DNA of 64,000 nt from the human T2T-CHM13v2.0 reference genome, Homo sapiens (GCF_009914755.1 NC_060929.1), one strand, 5' to 3'. Positions 1-19,335 are shown, counted from the stretch's first letter. Notes: generated by a model not told the origin, from the letters alone. Program-made: numbers and translations.

Positions 1-1380
1 GGTCAGTTCCTCTTATCAGTTCCTAGCACTCTTGCAAGGAGGGGTCATGCAGCTGGGCTCAGGCTGAAAAGGCATGTGGCCACAACCCATCCCTGGAAGT
101 CGAGAGAGAACTGAGATAGAACACGTGAGTGCTGCCTGACCCAGCCTTCTCTGTGTCCGTGGGAACGTGACTTCCTGAAGAAGAGTAGGGAGGTACACTT
201 AACCAGCAACTACCATTCTCATCTCAACCTTGAAACTCTTGTCTTCTCTCAGCCCTTCTGCTTTTTAGTTGAGAAAGGAGTGTCCAAGAACTGAGTGTCA
301 CATTTCTGTTGTTTTTTTCCAGATGCCAAGCTGCCATTGCCAAACTTTGTTCGTTATGTCCTGTTCAGGCATGTTGGCCCAGAAGTAGATGCCCATTGGC
401 TTGGGGTAGCGAATCCTAGTTGCTATAAAGGTCAAACCCCTGAAGTCCCAATGGTTTAAAACAGCAATGGTTTATTTTTTGTTCACCTAAAGTCTCATAT
501 GAGTTGGGATGCCTTTCTCTGTCTTGTAGCTCTACCATAAGTTCCACCTGGTCCCTAAGGTCTCTGTTTCAGGGCACATAAAGAGTACAGAAGGAACACC
601 AATCTGAACTCACTGGCCTGAAGAACACATGCACTCCACTCCTGCTCATAGTGCAAAGGCAGGATACTCACATGATTCCAACTTAAATGCAAAGGAAGCC
701 AGGAAGTGTTAGAGGAGCACATGGAATAATCACTGTGATACACTCATAATATTGCAACTGTTTCAAGAAATTTTTCAAATAGAAGAGCAGAGTAATACAA
801 AGAGCCCTTGAGTGATAGTCCAGGCTCAGGGGTCCAGAGCCACTTCTGTCACTGACTAGCTGGGGAAACTCTCTGCTCCTTCATACTTCCATGTCCTCAT
901 CTGTAGAAGACAAGGGGTTGCATGACCCACAATGTTATTTCTGGGCCCAAAAGACACAATTCTATGAGCTTGTGGCTTGTGAGGGCAGAATACAGATGAT
1001 ATCTCACTATTAACCAAGGACTCCACAACCTATTGGAGAAAGCAGTGGTGGCTTCTGCCCTTCTTCTGGTGCCCACCCCTTGCAGTATCACTAAGGGGCT
1101 ATCAATTCTCAGGAGTCCAAGCTTCACTGAGCTTGCACTCTTAGAAGATAATCAGAAAACCATAGGGAACCTCAATTCTGCTAAGTAACAGCAGCAACAA
1201 ATCACTCCTCGTATGGAAACAAATGTGGGTGCAGAGGGAACCTCCTAATTTTTCACCATTACACACATGCATACATCCTTTCTCAATGAAGAAACACAGA
1301 GCATCTGATATTGGCAAGACATTCTCTCTTCAAAGAGAATTTTGATTTTAGGCACTAACATGGGGTCGTACTACCAGACT

Positions 1381-5209
<3,829 letters not shown>

Positions 5210-5335
5210 GTACTACCAGACTTTTGAGGTCCCTCCCAACTTTAACAATAATACCTCTCTTGAGAGTCAGTAGAAGGCATTGAAAAGCCTGGCCTATGGA
5301 GCCAGTGGCCCCAGCTTGAACTGCAGCTCCAGCAC

Positions 5336-5780
5336 TGTCAAGGCTTGGGCTCCTGGGGAAGCAGACTCTGAATTGATATTTAGAGAGTAGGAGTATTATT
5401 AGGGAGTGCTCCTTGGATCAACTGCTATGGAAAGAAAAGGAGAGAAGCAGAATTGGGCAGAGAGAGAAGTTGAGCCACAATGCAGTCCCAGCAAAGGCTT
5501 GAGCCAACACTTGAGGGACTTGGAAGCTGAGGTGGACCATCAGAATTATCTTGATATGGAATAAGGGGGATGAGCCTTTGTACCCCTGTGTCAATCAGTC
5601 ACTGATGTGGGCTGCCCTGGGAAATGAGCTTGGTCCTCAGCCTGGAGGCTGTCTTCAGCCAAGTCCAATCCCAAAGAGAGCTGGCTGCGTTCTGTCTGTC
5701 AGCCACACTCCCACCAGCTGGAGGTATGAATCCTTCATTCCAGAAACAGACGGATCTGAGAAGCACTTCATGACATCCCT
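5336..5780 (-). mobile_element. Old ERVL-type LTR (LTR16/33/41-like)
   Basis: Motif gaagcagactctga..tattagggagtgctccttggatcaac. Subfamily uncertain. Confidence 0.5.
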
Positions 5781-5965
5781 ATAAGCTTACTAGTTATATG
5801 TCCTTGAACAAGTTACTTGGCCTCTTTCTCTAAATTTTAGTAATGAGAAAAATGAGGTACTATATAGCAGTCTGTACTTTACAGAGTGTTTGTGACAATT
5901 AAATGAGTTAAAACATGTAAAATATTGAGTGCTTATTAAATGCTTGGCACTGTCCTTAGTGTTAG

Positions 5966-6256
<291 letters not shown>

Positions 6257-7971
6257 CCCTAAGTGTTAGTTATTAGTTGCCTCTCATAAGTTCCACAACA
6301 ACAGGAATGTTTACATTTGGAGATTAATTAGGACTACAGAGTCTTATGGGAGACCAGAAAAGGGGGAGTTGCCTCTCATATTCTTATCCAGGGTCCAGCC
6401 TGTTGTTGACTCCTCAGAGGCCCAGATTCTCTGCTAAAATATTTACTCAAAGGGCTTGGCATCAGTTCAAATTCATGCCTAATGTTACAACTATAAAAAG
6501 CTCTAGGAAGAAACAGTTGTCATTTTACCTCCAATGTCCTTTTTAATATTCCTGAATGTGTTCATCTCTGATATCTCTCCTATGAAATGAGGAATATGTT
6601 CTATCGCTTATAAGGAAAGGCATGTAAGAGCCCTGTCTTCTCAAATTGGCCCCCAAATCCTCTATTCTTCAAGGCACTGGAGAATGCGTGCCAGATCTAC
6701 TGGGAGACTCTCCAGCCACTCTGCCTGCAGGGTTGGAAGTACTTTGCTTATGGAGGGACATATTCCAAGTGTAGACCTACCTGGCAAAGACCCAGTGGGC
6801 ATCTGCACTTGGTATGGGTCATTTTCCTAGGAAGAAAATTATGACTCATACAGAAAGTCTAAGGCTAGAGAGTATGAGGCCTGTAGGAAACAAAAGGCAA
6901 AGGCTATGTTGGGAGGAGCATTCTAATCTGCCTTGCTGAAGTGAGACTGATGACTAGAAAGTCAATGGCAGGGTTCCTTCTGAAAGCTCAGAGCACATCC
7001 CCTGTGTCTTCCCCATAGCTCTGTGAAATAGTCTCCCCTGTCTCCTCCTCTTTAGAGCAGGTGGGGTAAACACCTGTCTCTAACTCACTTGTTCCTAGAA
7101 GGCTAGTGTTCCAGTCCTGCTCTGGACTCGTCTTATCGCTGCCTGGATCTGACGCTATGTTGTCACTCTAAAAAGTCACCCAGATTTTCTACTTCATAAC
7201 CTATTTTGCCATCCAGGCAGCTCTGATGGAAATGTATTCTACATGGAAACCTCAAATTATATATTTTTTTCTTCTAACTTATAAACCTTATTTTTTCCCT
7301 GCTCTGGCCCAACCACCATCTCCCCTCCCCTTGCCCAAACCATTTCTCCCTCACCCTCTCCTTGATTGGCTGGCAATATTGGTTCCAGTAGAAGCAGAAT
7401 ATGTTTTAGCAGAAGCAGAACAGTTGTTTTCAATTACATTCCAAAGCATAGGAGAGGATTTCTGAAAGCAGCTTCCTAGATTGCAATTGACTGTGGCAAT
7501 AACAGTCTCAGAGAATAAAACTCTTTCCAGGAAGAAAGCAAACCTCACTTACTCAGAAAGCAACATGAGGCTTATTTTTCCATTGCACACATGCACAAAA
7601 ATTATTGGGGGCTTTCCTGTGCTCATTAGGAGGAACTGCTCAGCAAAGCCCTCTATCTAGAAGTAGGGCCACCGGGAGTCAGGATGGAGGGGTCCCAAGA
7701 TAGACTTCTGGCTTCCAGAGCTGGGAGGAAACCCAAGAAAAGCAGGAGAGAAGGCCCAGGACTTTCTGTATGGTACAGTGTGTGGAATGTAGACCAAAAT
7801 GAGCCCCTCTCAGTTTGCAAAACTCTAAGCTTTTCCTTTCATCTGTAACAAAAAGAACCTTAGCCTAGAGAGGAGAAAATGAGAAGGCAACAGTGTGGTG
7901 AGGTAGAAGTAGCATGATGATTCAAGTCAGGAAAGCGGGCTTCTAGGGTTACTTGGCCACACATCAGCTGT

Positions 7972-8335
7972 CTGTCCTGTACTGGACGCCTTCCATGTGC
8001 ACCTCCAAATCCACTGTCTACCCTGCTGTCTACCCTGGGAAGCTGCTGTCTGTGGGCTGAATCAAGAGCAAGCTGGCCCTATGGCTTCTGGTTGGGTTCA
8101 GTCAATAAAGGCCATGGGCAGGAGATCAGAAAAAGGCCTGAGGGTGACATGGGAGTACCTGTGCCCCAGCTCCCTCCCTCCCGTGCTCTAGCAAGGCTGG
8201 CTACCTCTATCTGCTGAAGGTCACAGCTCCCAGCAGGAATACTCTCCACGATCCAGGAACCAATCCTTCCTTTTATCCTTTCTGAATGAGCGGTAGTAAC
8301 AACTTCCTACTGTTGCTAGCCCTGGTGTTCAATGT
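7972..8335. mobile_element. LTR33-like fragment
   Basis: ggcttctggttgggttcagtcaat..ggcaggagatcaga. Confidence 0.45.
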
Positions 8336-11296
8336 TCAAGATTGTGGTTTTGCTGGAAATCCAAATAGAGTGTGCGGTTTAGATAGTACTGTTATACCAA
8401 TAGTAGATTCTTAGTTCTGATAACTGTACCATGGTTCCACAAGATGTTAACATCAAAGGAAGCTGGGTGTGGGTACCTGGGGATTCTCCGTACTATCTTT
8501 GCAACTTTTTTTGTAAATCCAAAATTATCTGATGACTATGGTCTTGGTGGCTACAGATCCAGTAACTACTGTCAAATTCATACCGCAGAACTGGTCTGAC
8601 AAAGACTGTGGCCACCACTGGGCACAAATATTGCAAGCTTCACCAACAACAACAACTCTGGGCACTATTCTCTGTCATTGTTGCCTCTGGAAATTGGATG
8701 TAGGTTCTGCTACTGCCTGTCACCAGAATATAGATTGTGGACAGCCCCTGCTTCTTTCTACTGCTGGTTTCTGATTTAGGCAACATGTTTGCACATGAGA
8801 TGCAAGGAGGCTGGAATGGGAGTACCTGGCATTTCACTTTCTATTCCTGGATGCTGGCTCCCCCTCATAAAGAAGACATTTCTTAGACATAGGGAGGTGG
8901 TTCTGATGCTCAGTGGCCAAAAAGGGCAAACATTCATTATGGTGGCTGAGATCACATCTAACTGAAATGGTCAGACAAGGACCTCTGGAGGAAGTAAAAT
9001 GTAGATAGGGTATTATTTTAGAGAAATCAAATTTTGAAATGAAAATCAACAGCATCTGGCACTCAGCCCTGTAGGAGAGGTAAGATTTTACTAAATAGAA
9101 ATGAATCATTCTCTTGTAAACATCATGCTGAACAAGCAGGACAGAGGGTAAGCAGGAAACAATTTTTGCCTCCCAATGCCCCTTTCAGTCAGCTCTGCAG
9201 GACCAAGCCTACTGTTTCAGACAGGGACAGAGGAAGTCCTCAAGAATTTTCTGATCCAGTACCCACAGTTCTAGGGTCACTTCAAGTCATAAATTACAAC
9301 TTCAGATTAGCATTAAAATGTCCAGCCTCATGTAATAGTCAAAATTTCAAATTTGCTTTTAGCTTGAGGCTTTTCCCCCTCTTATAATTTGGGTCTGTCA
9401 AGGGAGGAAAGACTCTCTCTTCCCTCCTATTTGACCTTCCTCCTTTGGCTTATGACAGTTTCAACCACTTCAGGGTTCAAGCTCAGTAAGGATGAGTAGG
9501 TTAGGGGAGCAGAAGATTCTACTCAACTGGTGCTTCCATAAGGTTAGAATTTTGGATCTCTGTTTTTGCAGATGTTGAAAGCTGACTTTCTTGTGAGCTC
9601 TAACATAGTTCCTCTGAGATTCTGGAGATCTTTCATCCAAAATTTCCTTGGCAGGACAAATACAACTGTTCTCTGGCTGGTTGCTTTCTTTGTACTCATC
9701 CCCTAGAAATCCAGCAGTCACCTGGCTTCTCTCTGGACCACTCTCTTCAATGGGATCTAAGATGACTCTATGCCAGCTTATACTCTGGCTTCTGGATTTC
9801 TGGTTTAAATAAAACATCCACATATTCTCTCATTGGCCTGACAGACCCCAGAAGATCTGGCCTCCTACCATGAACACTTCTTCATTGTGCCACTATCAAG
9901 CAACTAGTCAGTCTATCTCTTGCCCTTAGATTATTCTGTGTTCCTCAGATGCAGGCGACACACACTAAGGTCTCCATGTAGGCCCCTTGAAACCTCTTTT
10001 CCTAAGCTTAAGTTAAAGTCCAAGCCCTCCCATCTCTTCCTTGAGGGCAGAGGTGGGGTAACACACAGGCAAAAGAGCAGTTTTCTCTAAACTTTTCTTC
10101 ACCAGCTTCTAATTCCTGAGTCTTCTCCATTCAAAATGTGAATGAGGGGTTTAAGGGTCATCTAGCCTGTTTTCTATCATTCCTTTTAGAAATATTACAT
10201 TGTACTGAAGACCCTTGCTTTGAATTGTGATATCTATTGTCTTACTATTTCAGCAGACTCTTCCATGTTAACATCCTGCAATGCTTGCATGTTCTATCCT
10301 CAAAGCAAACAAAGCTTGCATGATCCCTCCTGGCTCTCCCAACTTGCTAGAACAAACCTAAACTTCGACTCTCATCTGGGATGGGCTGAGACAGGGGCAG
10401 CAGCTGACACAGCCAAATAGTGTAGAACAGCATATGGGCAACACCTCCATCATAGTTCTGGTAGATACTTCTGCCCCAGAGACCTACTCAAATGCCAGCT
10501 ACCATTCTAAATGTGATCTGTGCACTAAACCAAGACAAAATATCTCAGCTCCCTCTTTATAGACTCAAACACTTTAAATGCCCCAATCCATTCTACTTCT
10601 GTTTCACAACAACCTTCCTAGATTAAAAATCTTTGATGTCTATTCAACACACATTCTTTGGCTTGAGTTCATGTCCCTAAAGTCAGAGGTTTATAGCAAG
10701 AGTGATAAAATAGTGGGGGGAAAATCCACACAAAAAAATACTAGCAAACCAAAATCCAGCAGTATATACAAAGGATTATACACCATGACCAAGTGAGATT
10801 GGTGGGTTTAATATCTAAAAATCAATGAATGTAATACACTATGTCAACAAAATAAAGGACAAAAAAACACATGATCATCTCAATGGATGCAGAAAAAGCA
10901 TTTGACAAAACCCAACACCCCTTATGATTAAAAGAAAACATTCAACAAACTAGGAATGGAAGAGAACTTCTTCAATCTGATAAAAGACACCTATAAAAAA
11001 ATCCACAGCTAGGAATATACTTAATGGAGAGAGAAAGAAAAGTTTCTCCTAAGATGAAGAAGAAGACACAAAAGCCCACTCTCACCACTTCTATTCAACA
11101 CCGTACTGCGGGTTCTAGCAAGGGTAATTAGGCAAGAAGATAAATAAAAGGCACTCAGACTAGAAAGGAAGAAATAAAAGTATCTTTATTTGCAGAGGAC
11201 ATGACCTTGTATATACAAAATTCTGAATAATCCACTAAGAAACAATTAAAACTAATAAAATATTTAAACTAAGTGGCAGGTTACAAGATTGTTATA

Positions 11297-11518
11297 CAGG
11301 TTGGATATCCCTTATCCAAAATGCTTGGGATCAGAATTGTTTGGGATTGGAAATTTGTTTGAACTTTGGAATATTTGCATAGACATGCCAGTTGAGCATC
11401 CGTAATCCCAAAATTCACAGTACTACAATGGGCATTTCCTTTGAGCATGACCTTTGAGCATCAGGTTGGCACTCAAAAAGTTTTGAATTTTGGAGCATTT
11501 TGGATTAGGGATGCTCAA
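11297..11518. mobile_element. Tigger4a/MER46-type MITE inside the old L1
   Basis: Starts TA|caggttggatatcccttatccaaaatgcttggga and ends ttagggatgctcaa, matching the Tigger4 TIRs. Confidence 0.8.
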
Positions 11519-12418
11519 TATTACAAAAATCAGCTGTATTTCTGCACAGATATAAACAACCCAAAAGTAAATTAAGAAAACATTTCATTTGTAATAAGAA
11601 GAATAAAATACTTAGGGATAAATTTAACCAAGGAAGTGCAGGTCTTATACATTGAAAATGACAAAAACATTATTGAAAGAAATTAAAGACCTAAATAAGT
11701 GGAAAGACATATTATGTTCATGGATGAAAAGACTTAATATTGTTAAAATTCAATAGTCTCCAAATTTATCTACAGTGTCAATGCAATCCCAAACAAAATC
11801 TCAGTTACCTTCTTTGCAGAAATTGACAAGCTGATTCTTAAGTTCATATGGAAACTAAAGGAATCCAGAATAGCCCAAATAATCTTGAAAATGAACAGAA
11901 CAAAGTTGGATAACTCATACTTCTTGATTTCAAAACTTATAGTAATCAAGACAGGTTGCTACTGGCATAAAGATAGACATATAGATCAATGGAATAGAAT
12001 TGGGAGTACACAAATAATCCCTCATATTTATGATCAATTCCTTTTTGAAAGGTCACAAAGACAATTAAATGGAAAAAAATAGTTTTTCTGACAAGTGATG
12101 CTGAGGCAACTAGATATCTACATGCAATACAATGAAATTGTATCACTACCTCACACTATATACACTATATAAAAAATTAACTCAAAATGGGTCAAGCATC
12201 TCATTGTAAGAGCTAAAATTACAAAACTCTCAGAAGAAAGCATAAACATAAATCTTCATGACTTTGGAATAGGAAATGGCTTCTTAGATATAATATCAAA
12301 AGTACAAGAAACAAAAAAATAGGTAAATTGGACATTACCAAATTTTAAAACTTCTGTGCTTCAAAGAACACCAACAAGAAAGTGAGAAGACAACCCACAG
12401 AATGGAAGAAAATTTTTG

Positions 12419-12422
<4 letters not shown>

Positions 12423-12466
<44 letters not shown>
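12423..12466. repeat. (TA)n microsatellite
   Basis: Read directly from the sequence. Confidence 0.95.
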
Positions 12467-12469
<3 letters not shown>

Positions 12470-13133
12470 AAAGGTTAGTATCCAAAATACATAATAACAA
12501 AAAGACAGACAAATAATAACAAAAAGACAAATAATCCAATTTTTTAAATGGCCAAATGGTCTGAATAGGCAGTTCTCTAAAGAAGACATACAAATAGCCA
12601 GTAAGAACATGAGAAGATGTTAAACATTGTTAGCTAGTAGGGAAATGCAAAGCCACAATAAGATACCACTTCACACCCACTAGGATGGCTAAAATAAAAA
12701 AGTGGTATAGTGAGGATGTAAAGAAATTGGAGCCCTCATACACTGCTTGTGGGAATGGAAAATATGGTAGTCACTTTGGAAAACAGTCTGGCAGTTGCTC
12801 AGATGATTAAACATATACAATACCATATGAACCAATCAATTTCATTTCTTCAACTTCATGTTTTCATATGTATATGAAAATACATATCCACACAAAAACA
12901 TGCACATGAATATTTCACACAGAATTATTCATAATAACCAAAAAATGGAAACAACCCTAATGTTCATTAACTGATGAATGAATAAATAAATAAAATGTGG
13001 TATACCCATGCAACAAAATGCTATTCGGCCATAAAAAGGAACTGCTACATGCTACAACATAGATGAACCTTGAAAACATTATGCTATCTGAAAAAGGTGA
13101 TCACAAAGACTACATACTGTATGATTCTATACA

Positions 13134-13456
13134 CAGTCATGAGTCATTTAAGGATAGTGCTACATTCTGAGAAATGCATTGTTAGGCCATTTCAGTGTTG
13201 TACAAACATCATAGAGTGCACCTACACAAACCTAAGTTGTATAGCCTACTACATGTCCAGGTTATATTGTATAGCCTATTGCTCCTGGGCTACAACCCTG
13301 TCCAGAATATTACTGTACTGACTGCTGTAGGCAGTTGTAACACAATGGTAGGTATTTGTGCAATAAAAATTTTTCAGCTTCATTATAATCTCATGGGACC
13401 ACCACCATATATGTGGTCTGTTATTGACTGAAATGTTGTTAGGCAGCACATGACCG
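13134..13456. mobile_element. Tigger3a/MER7-type MITE inside the old L1
   Basis: Ends cagtcatg and catgaccg|TA, with internal ttctgagaaatgcattgttagg typical of Tigger3. Confidence 0.8.
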
Positions 13457-14649
13457 TATATGAAACACCCAGAATAGGCAAATCTATAGAAACAGAAAGT
13501 AGATTAGTAGCTGCTTAGAGCTAGAGGAACTGGGAGTAAATGGTAAGTGACTGCTATGGGTACAAGAATTCTTGGGGGTAATAAAAATGTTCTAAAATTG
13601 ATTGTGGTAATGATTGCATAACTCTGAAAATACTGAAAACTATTGAATTGTATACTTTAATTGAGTAGATTTTATGGTATATAAATATCTCAATAAAGCT
13701 ATTATTTTAAAGAAGAGAGCTGATGTAGTCTTTGAAGAGGCAGGAACCATGTTGAAATGAAAAGCATGAAAAGAAGCCTTTCTAAAATATTACAAAATAC
13801 AATAAATCTTGGTCTTGCTAAAAGTTGGGGTAAAAAGGTTATTGTTTCTGGGACCCAACATGATCAGCAGAGAAAGTGCACTGAAGAGTAAGGAGATGTT
13901 CGGCTAGAAGATGGTTCAGTGAATGCCTGTCCCCTCAACATGATTCCAAAAGAGAGCCTTGGGCCAGAGTCTCCTCATGGGCACAAGGGTCCCTGGCTGC
14001 CAACTGTGGGCAGAAAGCAGTGTCTCCACAGACCTGAGCTGCCTCAGGCAAGGGGCCTAGCAGAAAGTAGGTCCTGGAGACAAGTGACCTAGGCGTAACT
14101 GTGTGCCTAAGGGTCATGGAAGAGTCAATAGGCAATGGATCCCCAGCCCCAGAGTCTGTAATCGTAGGGGTCACAATCAGGGAGAATGTAAACTATTGTC
14201 TTCGCATGGGTTTCCTCAAAAGCAAAGACTCATCTGTGAGTGGGAGCAGGAGTGAGGAACAGGGATGATAAACAGGGAAGGAAAAGAGTCCACACACCAA
14301 TGTATTGTGCTCAATCTTCAGGATGTTCTGAGAAGTCTCAGAGAATGAATTTCAGAACCGTTCACTTGGGAGATGAAACGAGGAAGCATTTATCCATAGG
14401 CTTCAGTTTTCCACTGGACCAGAGCCATACTTCTGGGTGGTGCAAGCACAAGTTCCCACCGTCATGCAGTGGAGAGAGAGGAGCCTTCAGGTGGGTAGTG
14501 CAGGGCACAGTGCACACTCATGGCTGCAAACATGCTTGGAACTTGTAGCCACAGCTAAGGCTGGAGCCAGATGCAAAGTTGAGAGAATTCTAAACTGTGC
14601 TGAAGAGGTGTCTGATGCAGCTATCAATTAAATTCTATGAGGACTCAGA

Positions 14650-14815
14650 AACATCTGCATAATTTGTGGGGCCCAGTGGAAAATGAAAATGTGGGGCCTC
14701 TTGTTAAGAAATTATTCTAATTTCAAGATGTGACACAGAGCATTCAACCAAACCCAAAGCCCTCTGAGAATGGGCCCTGTATGGCTGCACAGGTTGCATA
14801 TCCATGGAACTGCTA
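14650..14815. mobile_element. MER91A-like hAT MITE
   Basis: cataatttgtggggcccagtggaaaatgaaaatgtggggcc..gggccctgtatggctgcacaggttgca. Confidence 0.7.
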
Positions 14816-17800
14816 TTCTCTAGACCCTTAAGTAGCAAATTTGCCCCTCACTCTCACTCCCATTCCTCCCTTACCGCATATGTACACATGTACCAGGGAC
14901 ACCTGGCCACACCTTCTAAAGAGCACCAACATTGAGGAGCCTGAGTTCCCCTCTGCCCTGGCTTCTGCCTCTGCTCTAATCAAAGCACCCATAAGCATGG
15001 CCTCCAGCGGTGAACTCCTGACCCTGATGATGTGTCCTGAGGTTTTCCCAGGCCAAAGTCAAATCTGGACAAAGAGAATTTTTCATAAAAATCTGTTCTT
15101 CCCACCATGAAGTTCTTTGTTCTAAGATTCTGCCCTTACTTTAAAAAATGGAATTACGGTGATAGTTGGATACTTTAAATTTTGCTAGGGATATTAATTT
15201 TTTTAAGTGACAGTCCTTTGTTAATTCTGGAATTAAAAAATAAATTACCAATTGATGAAAGCCTGAGACCAACCGGGTTGGGAGGAGGGAAGAGCAGGTA
15301 AGGGTTTCCCATCCAGGATGGGGTTGTGCAGATGTGATCCCTGCTTGAACAGGAAGCGAATAGGGCAGGGTATTTTATCAGTGGTTCAGTCCCCTCTGCA
15401 AGGTAAAGAACTCTCAATCTCTCTCAGCTTGAGTCTGCCCCTTGTAAATGTTCCTGGTGTGCTCTTTCCTTCATCCATTTTCTTACCAAGTCCCCATCCA
15501 AGGACCAAGGAAACGGCCCTGCATGGCAGGTAGAGTTTGAGCATTTGGGAAGTTCCCTTCCTAAACACACCTCTTCTATCCTAAATCGTTCACCTGAAAT
15601 TCTACTACCAGTAATATACCACTTTGGGTAGAATAGGAGCCTCTGGTTTATTCAGAGACTTCATAGATTAGTTCTTTTATAGTGCATTAAAACCCTAGGT
15701 AAGAAAATTCTGCCTGATGCATTGAAAATACTGTATGATTATTATTATTCTATTAATATCAGGCGATTATATCACTAAATCCTAACAAAACCCAGAGAGG
15801 TAGGTACTAATATCACTATCCCCATATTTTTGACTGATGAAACTAAGTTCAGAGAAATTGAATAAGTCACACTTCTAGGAAATAGAGGGCTATGATCCAA
15901 AACAGACCCAGGGTCGATTATTTACCCATTCTGCCATGTCACCAGACCTGGGGCACACCAAGGGACAGGGAGTGCAAAGCTGGGCTGAGAAACATGGAGG
16001 GTGGGGGACACACTAGAGTGGGCCATTGTGTTCCAACTCTTGCTGCCCCTCTGGATGGGCAGCACTCACTTATGAGCACTCGAAGTGAAAACACAAAGCC
16101 CTGTCCTAAGCTCTGTGTGTCTTTGTCCTATTTCTCCCATATCCTCATCTGTCCTGGCACTTCTAGTGTGACTCTAGAAGGGCCTACTAGAAGAAGCAGA
16201 CCAAAAAGATCCTTGAGGGATACCATCTTGCATCTTCAGACCAGGGGGAGGACCTAGCATTTCATATACATGAGGTGCCTTATAAATGTTTGTAGATCTC
16301 TATGAGAAGGCAGCCTCAACCCGGTCTCTATGAAACAGCCAATGGTGTTTTTGTGTATCATAAGCAAAAGATCCATCATTCAGCAGGCCAAACAGTGGGC
16401 TCCCAGCCCACTCTCATCCTCATGCCTCTTCTCGCGCAGGGCTAAACCTCATTATTAATTATGATGCCTCTGAATGATGCAGGAGTGGATAGCTCAGTCC
16501 CATCCAAAATTCAGGATCCATCACCTGATATGTACCATCACCTTCCATCTACCCTCCAAATGTGTCCACTTCAGCTCCAGAAATCTGAAGAACCAGAGAG
16601 TAAAGCCAGCTTCTGTGTCACCTTCACCTCACCTAATTAATGCAGGACTATAAGGAAATGTACCCAGATGTTTGAGAAGGGACCGCTAAAGGTTGGAATC
16701 TGCCAAGACCTCTTAATATGAAAAAATGTTTTCAGGAGGTGAAAAAAAAAAAAAGAGAGACTCTCCACTCCCAGCTTAGCCCAGAGTATACCTTCTCTTA
16801 AGCAAAAACCTGCCAGTCTTCTGATACTAACCTCTGCTATACACTTATTTATTCACCAGTCATTTGTTAAGAAGCAGTGACTCTGTTATGACAAAGAGTC
16901 AAAACTATTCCGTTATGCCTCTGCATATGGGAGAAGCCATTTCAGGCAGATTTTTCAATTTCTAAAACTTCAATTTTCAATGTTAAATGAAGTTTTGCCA
17001 AAAATATTTCTTTCACAGTTTGAGCCAGCACCAAATGGTAAGCATTATTTCCTTTTAATTGAACCCATCTGTAAATCAGTAGAATATTCCAGAGCCTCTA
17101 GAAGAAAACTTTCCAAACTCTCTGTTAATTACTTGATTAATCACTGAGGTTTGACATCTGGATCTCACACTGATATTCTGGCTCCAGCAGGCACACTCAC
17201 AAACAATAACATGAATTATTATTGTTAAATATCTGTGTGTATCTCCTTCCAATATGGACACCAATTTTATGTGTGCAGTTGCAAAATTAAGAGGAAAAAG
17301 AGGAGGGGAAGCCAGACTGTTTTGTTTCGCCAGGCTGGTAATCCTAGCTCCAGAGACATTGTGGCTGAAGCAAGGAAGAGGCCCACATACTCACTGAGCC
17401 AAGTATGTCTGGCTTTTCCACAAAGAGCAGGCATTCTCCCTGCCCAGCTGATGGGGAACAAAACCCACTTACTGGATTTAGAGATGCTCCTCGACCTCCC
17501 CTGCATGTGCAGATTCAGGCACACACTGCCATCCTACTCCTTCTAAGTGCCTGGATTAAAACAGGCCTAAGAACGATTCTTGAGTTGCATAATGACCAAG
17601 CCAAGCTTGGGTTAAGCCTCTCATTCCTCCTCCTTTTAAACAAAACACTTGAAAGGGACTATACGATTCAGAAGTACAGACACTGGATAAAAGCACTTTT
17701 GGAAGAAGAGTAGAGAAATGTTCTTCAGCAACAGTTGTCCATGGCATTAGATCCAAGTATTTAAGGCATGGGTAGTCATCTCTAGGCCCAAACATGCTAC

Positions 17801-18275
17801 GATTTCATTTATTCTGTAGGTTGTGAATTGTGTTTTCCTAAAAAGCAGTTAAAATTGAGTTGGGAGGGAAGTGTGACTCAGACGAACAGAAAAGAGATGG
17901 GGTGAGAACAAAACCTTTTCCATATGAAACATATTAGAGGCATCAGACTTCTGGGGACACTTTGACCTCATCTTTACCTTTGTGAATTTTCTGTCTCATT
18001 TTTACTCTCCCGATGTGTTCCACCTGTTAACACAAGGCAAAATATTTTCCTTAGATGAGTAATATGAAGAAATGAGCCTGCTGTCAAGTTTTGCTTGGTT
18101 TTTAATACATCATCTTTTTTAAATGTCCATGTATACCACTAGCCAATCAGAGTTTCAAATATACCGTGGAATTTTCACTTTACCATGAAGTTTTTAGAAT
18201 ATACTTTTTGCCTAGACTTGGTAATAAGTTTATCCTTCATTGGTTATACAGGAAAACTCTTCATTGTGACTTAAA

Positions 18276-18525
18276 CAGGGTTTCTCAATCTCTGCACTGT
18301 TGGCATTTTCAACCTGATAATTCTTTGTTGTGAGAGCTGTTCTGTGCCTTTTTGCATGTTTGGCAGCCTCCTTGGCTTCTACCCACTAGATGCAAGAAGT
18401 ATCCTTCCCCTATCAGCTTTGAAAACCACAAATGTCCCTAGCCTTTGCCAAATGTACTCTGGGTGGCATGTCTCCCCTCACACACACCCCCATCACGGCC
18501 TTCCCACCCCTATTGAGAAAAACTG
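18276..18525. mobile_element. MER20 hAT MITE
   Basis: cagggtttctcaa..ctacccactagatgc..ttgagaaaaactg. Confidence 0.8.
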
Positions 18526-18915
18526 GCCTCTGGCTTCAAGAAAAATCCTTAAAACATGAAAAGGAGATATAAGACACTGATTTGAAAGATCAAAATCTTT
18601 GGTTCCCAAGTATGTCACTATTTGAAGAGTATTTTAATAGAACCTATTCATTGTCTATCGAATTGCTATCCCCCCATCCTTCCCTAATTACATGGTAGGC
18701 TGATCCATTGATCTCTGAGTTGGTAGACTCCTCCCTCAGCCCTGGGAGAGACTGTCAGTTATGAGGACACCATTTTCCTTTGCCAGTGATTGGTCAAGGG
18801 ATGGAAGTCATGTTGCCCATTTCTAGACAATGAGACATAAAACAAAAGTTTAGGGAGAAACTCCTCTTACAAGATTAAAAATGATGATGATAATAATAAT
18901 AATAGAAGAGTCTCA

Positions 18916-19055
18916 GCCAGACATGGTGGCTCACCCCTGCAATCTCAGCAATTTGGGAGGCCGAGGTGTAGGATCACCTGAGGTCAAGAGTTTGAGACAA
19001 GTCTGGCCAACATGGTGAAATATCATCTCTACTAAAAATAAAAAAAAATTAAAAA
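18916..19055 (+). mobile_element. Alu left-arm fragment
   Basis: gccagacatggtggctcac..tctctactaaaaata followed by an A-rich tail. Confidence 0.85.
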
Positions 19056-19335
19056 AACTCTTTTAAAAAACCATTTTGCCATCCTCTATCTCTCTCTCCT
19101 CCACTATGATTCCTGCCTTTGAATGTAGTTGTATTGCTTGGAGCTTTAGCAAACATCTTACAATTGCAAGGAATTAAATAAAAGAATGAAATGTTAACAG
19201 CTTAAGGAAGGTAGAGCAGCAGGAACAGAAGAGCTCAGTCCTTGGTGCCATTCTTGAACTACTGAACCGGTCTTAGAATGCCCACCCCCAGCATGTTCAT
19301 TACTTGAGATAATTCAACACATCTATTACCTACAT

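Larger units (their letters stand above)
10715..13712 (+). mobile_element. Old LINE-1 (L1MB-like) ORF2 and 3'UTR
   Basis: Degenerate ORF2 peptides (CYWHKDRHIDQWNRI) and an L1M-type 3' end (..tatctcaataaagctatt). Interrupted by two Tigger MITEs and a (TA)n tract. Confidence 0.85.
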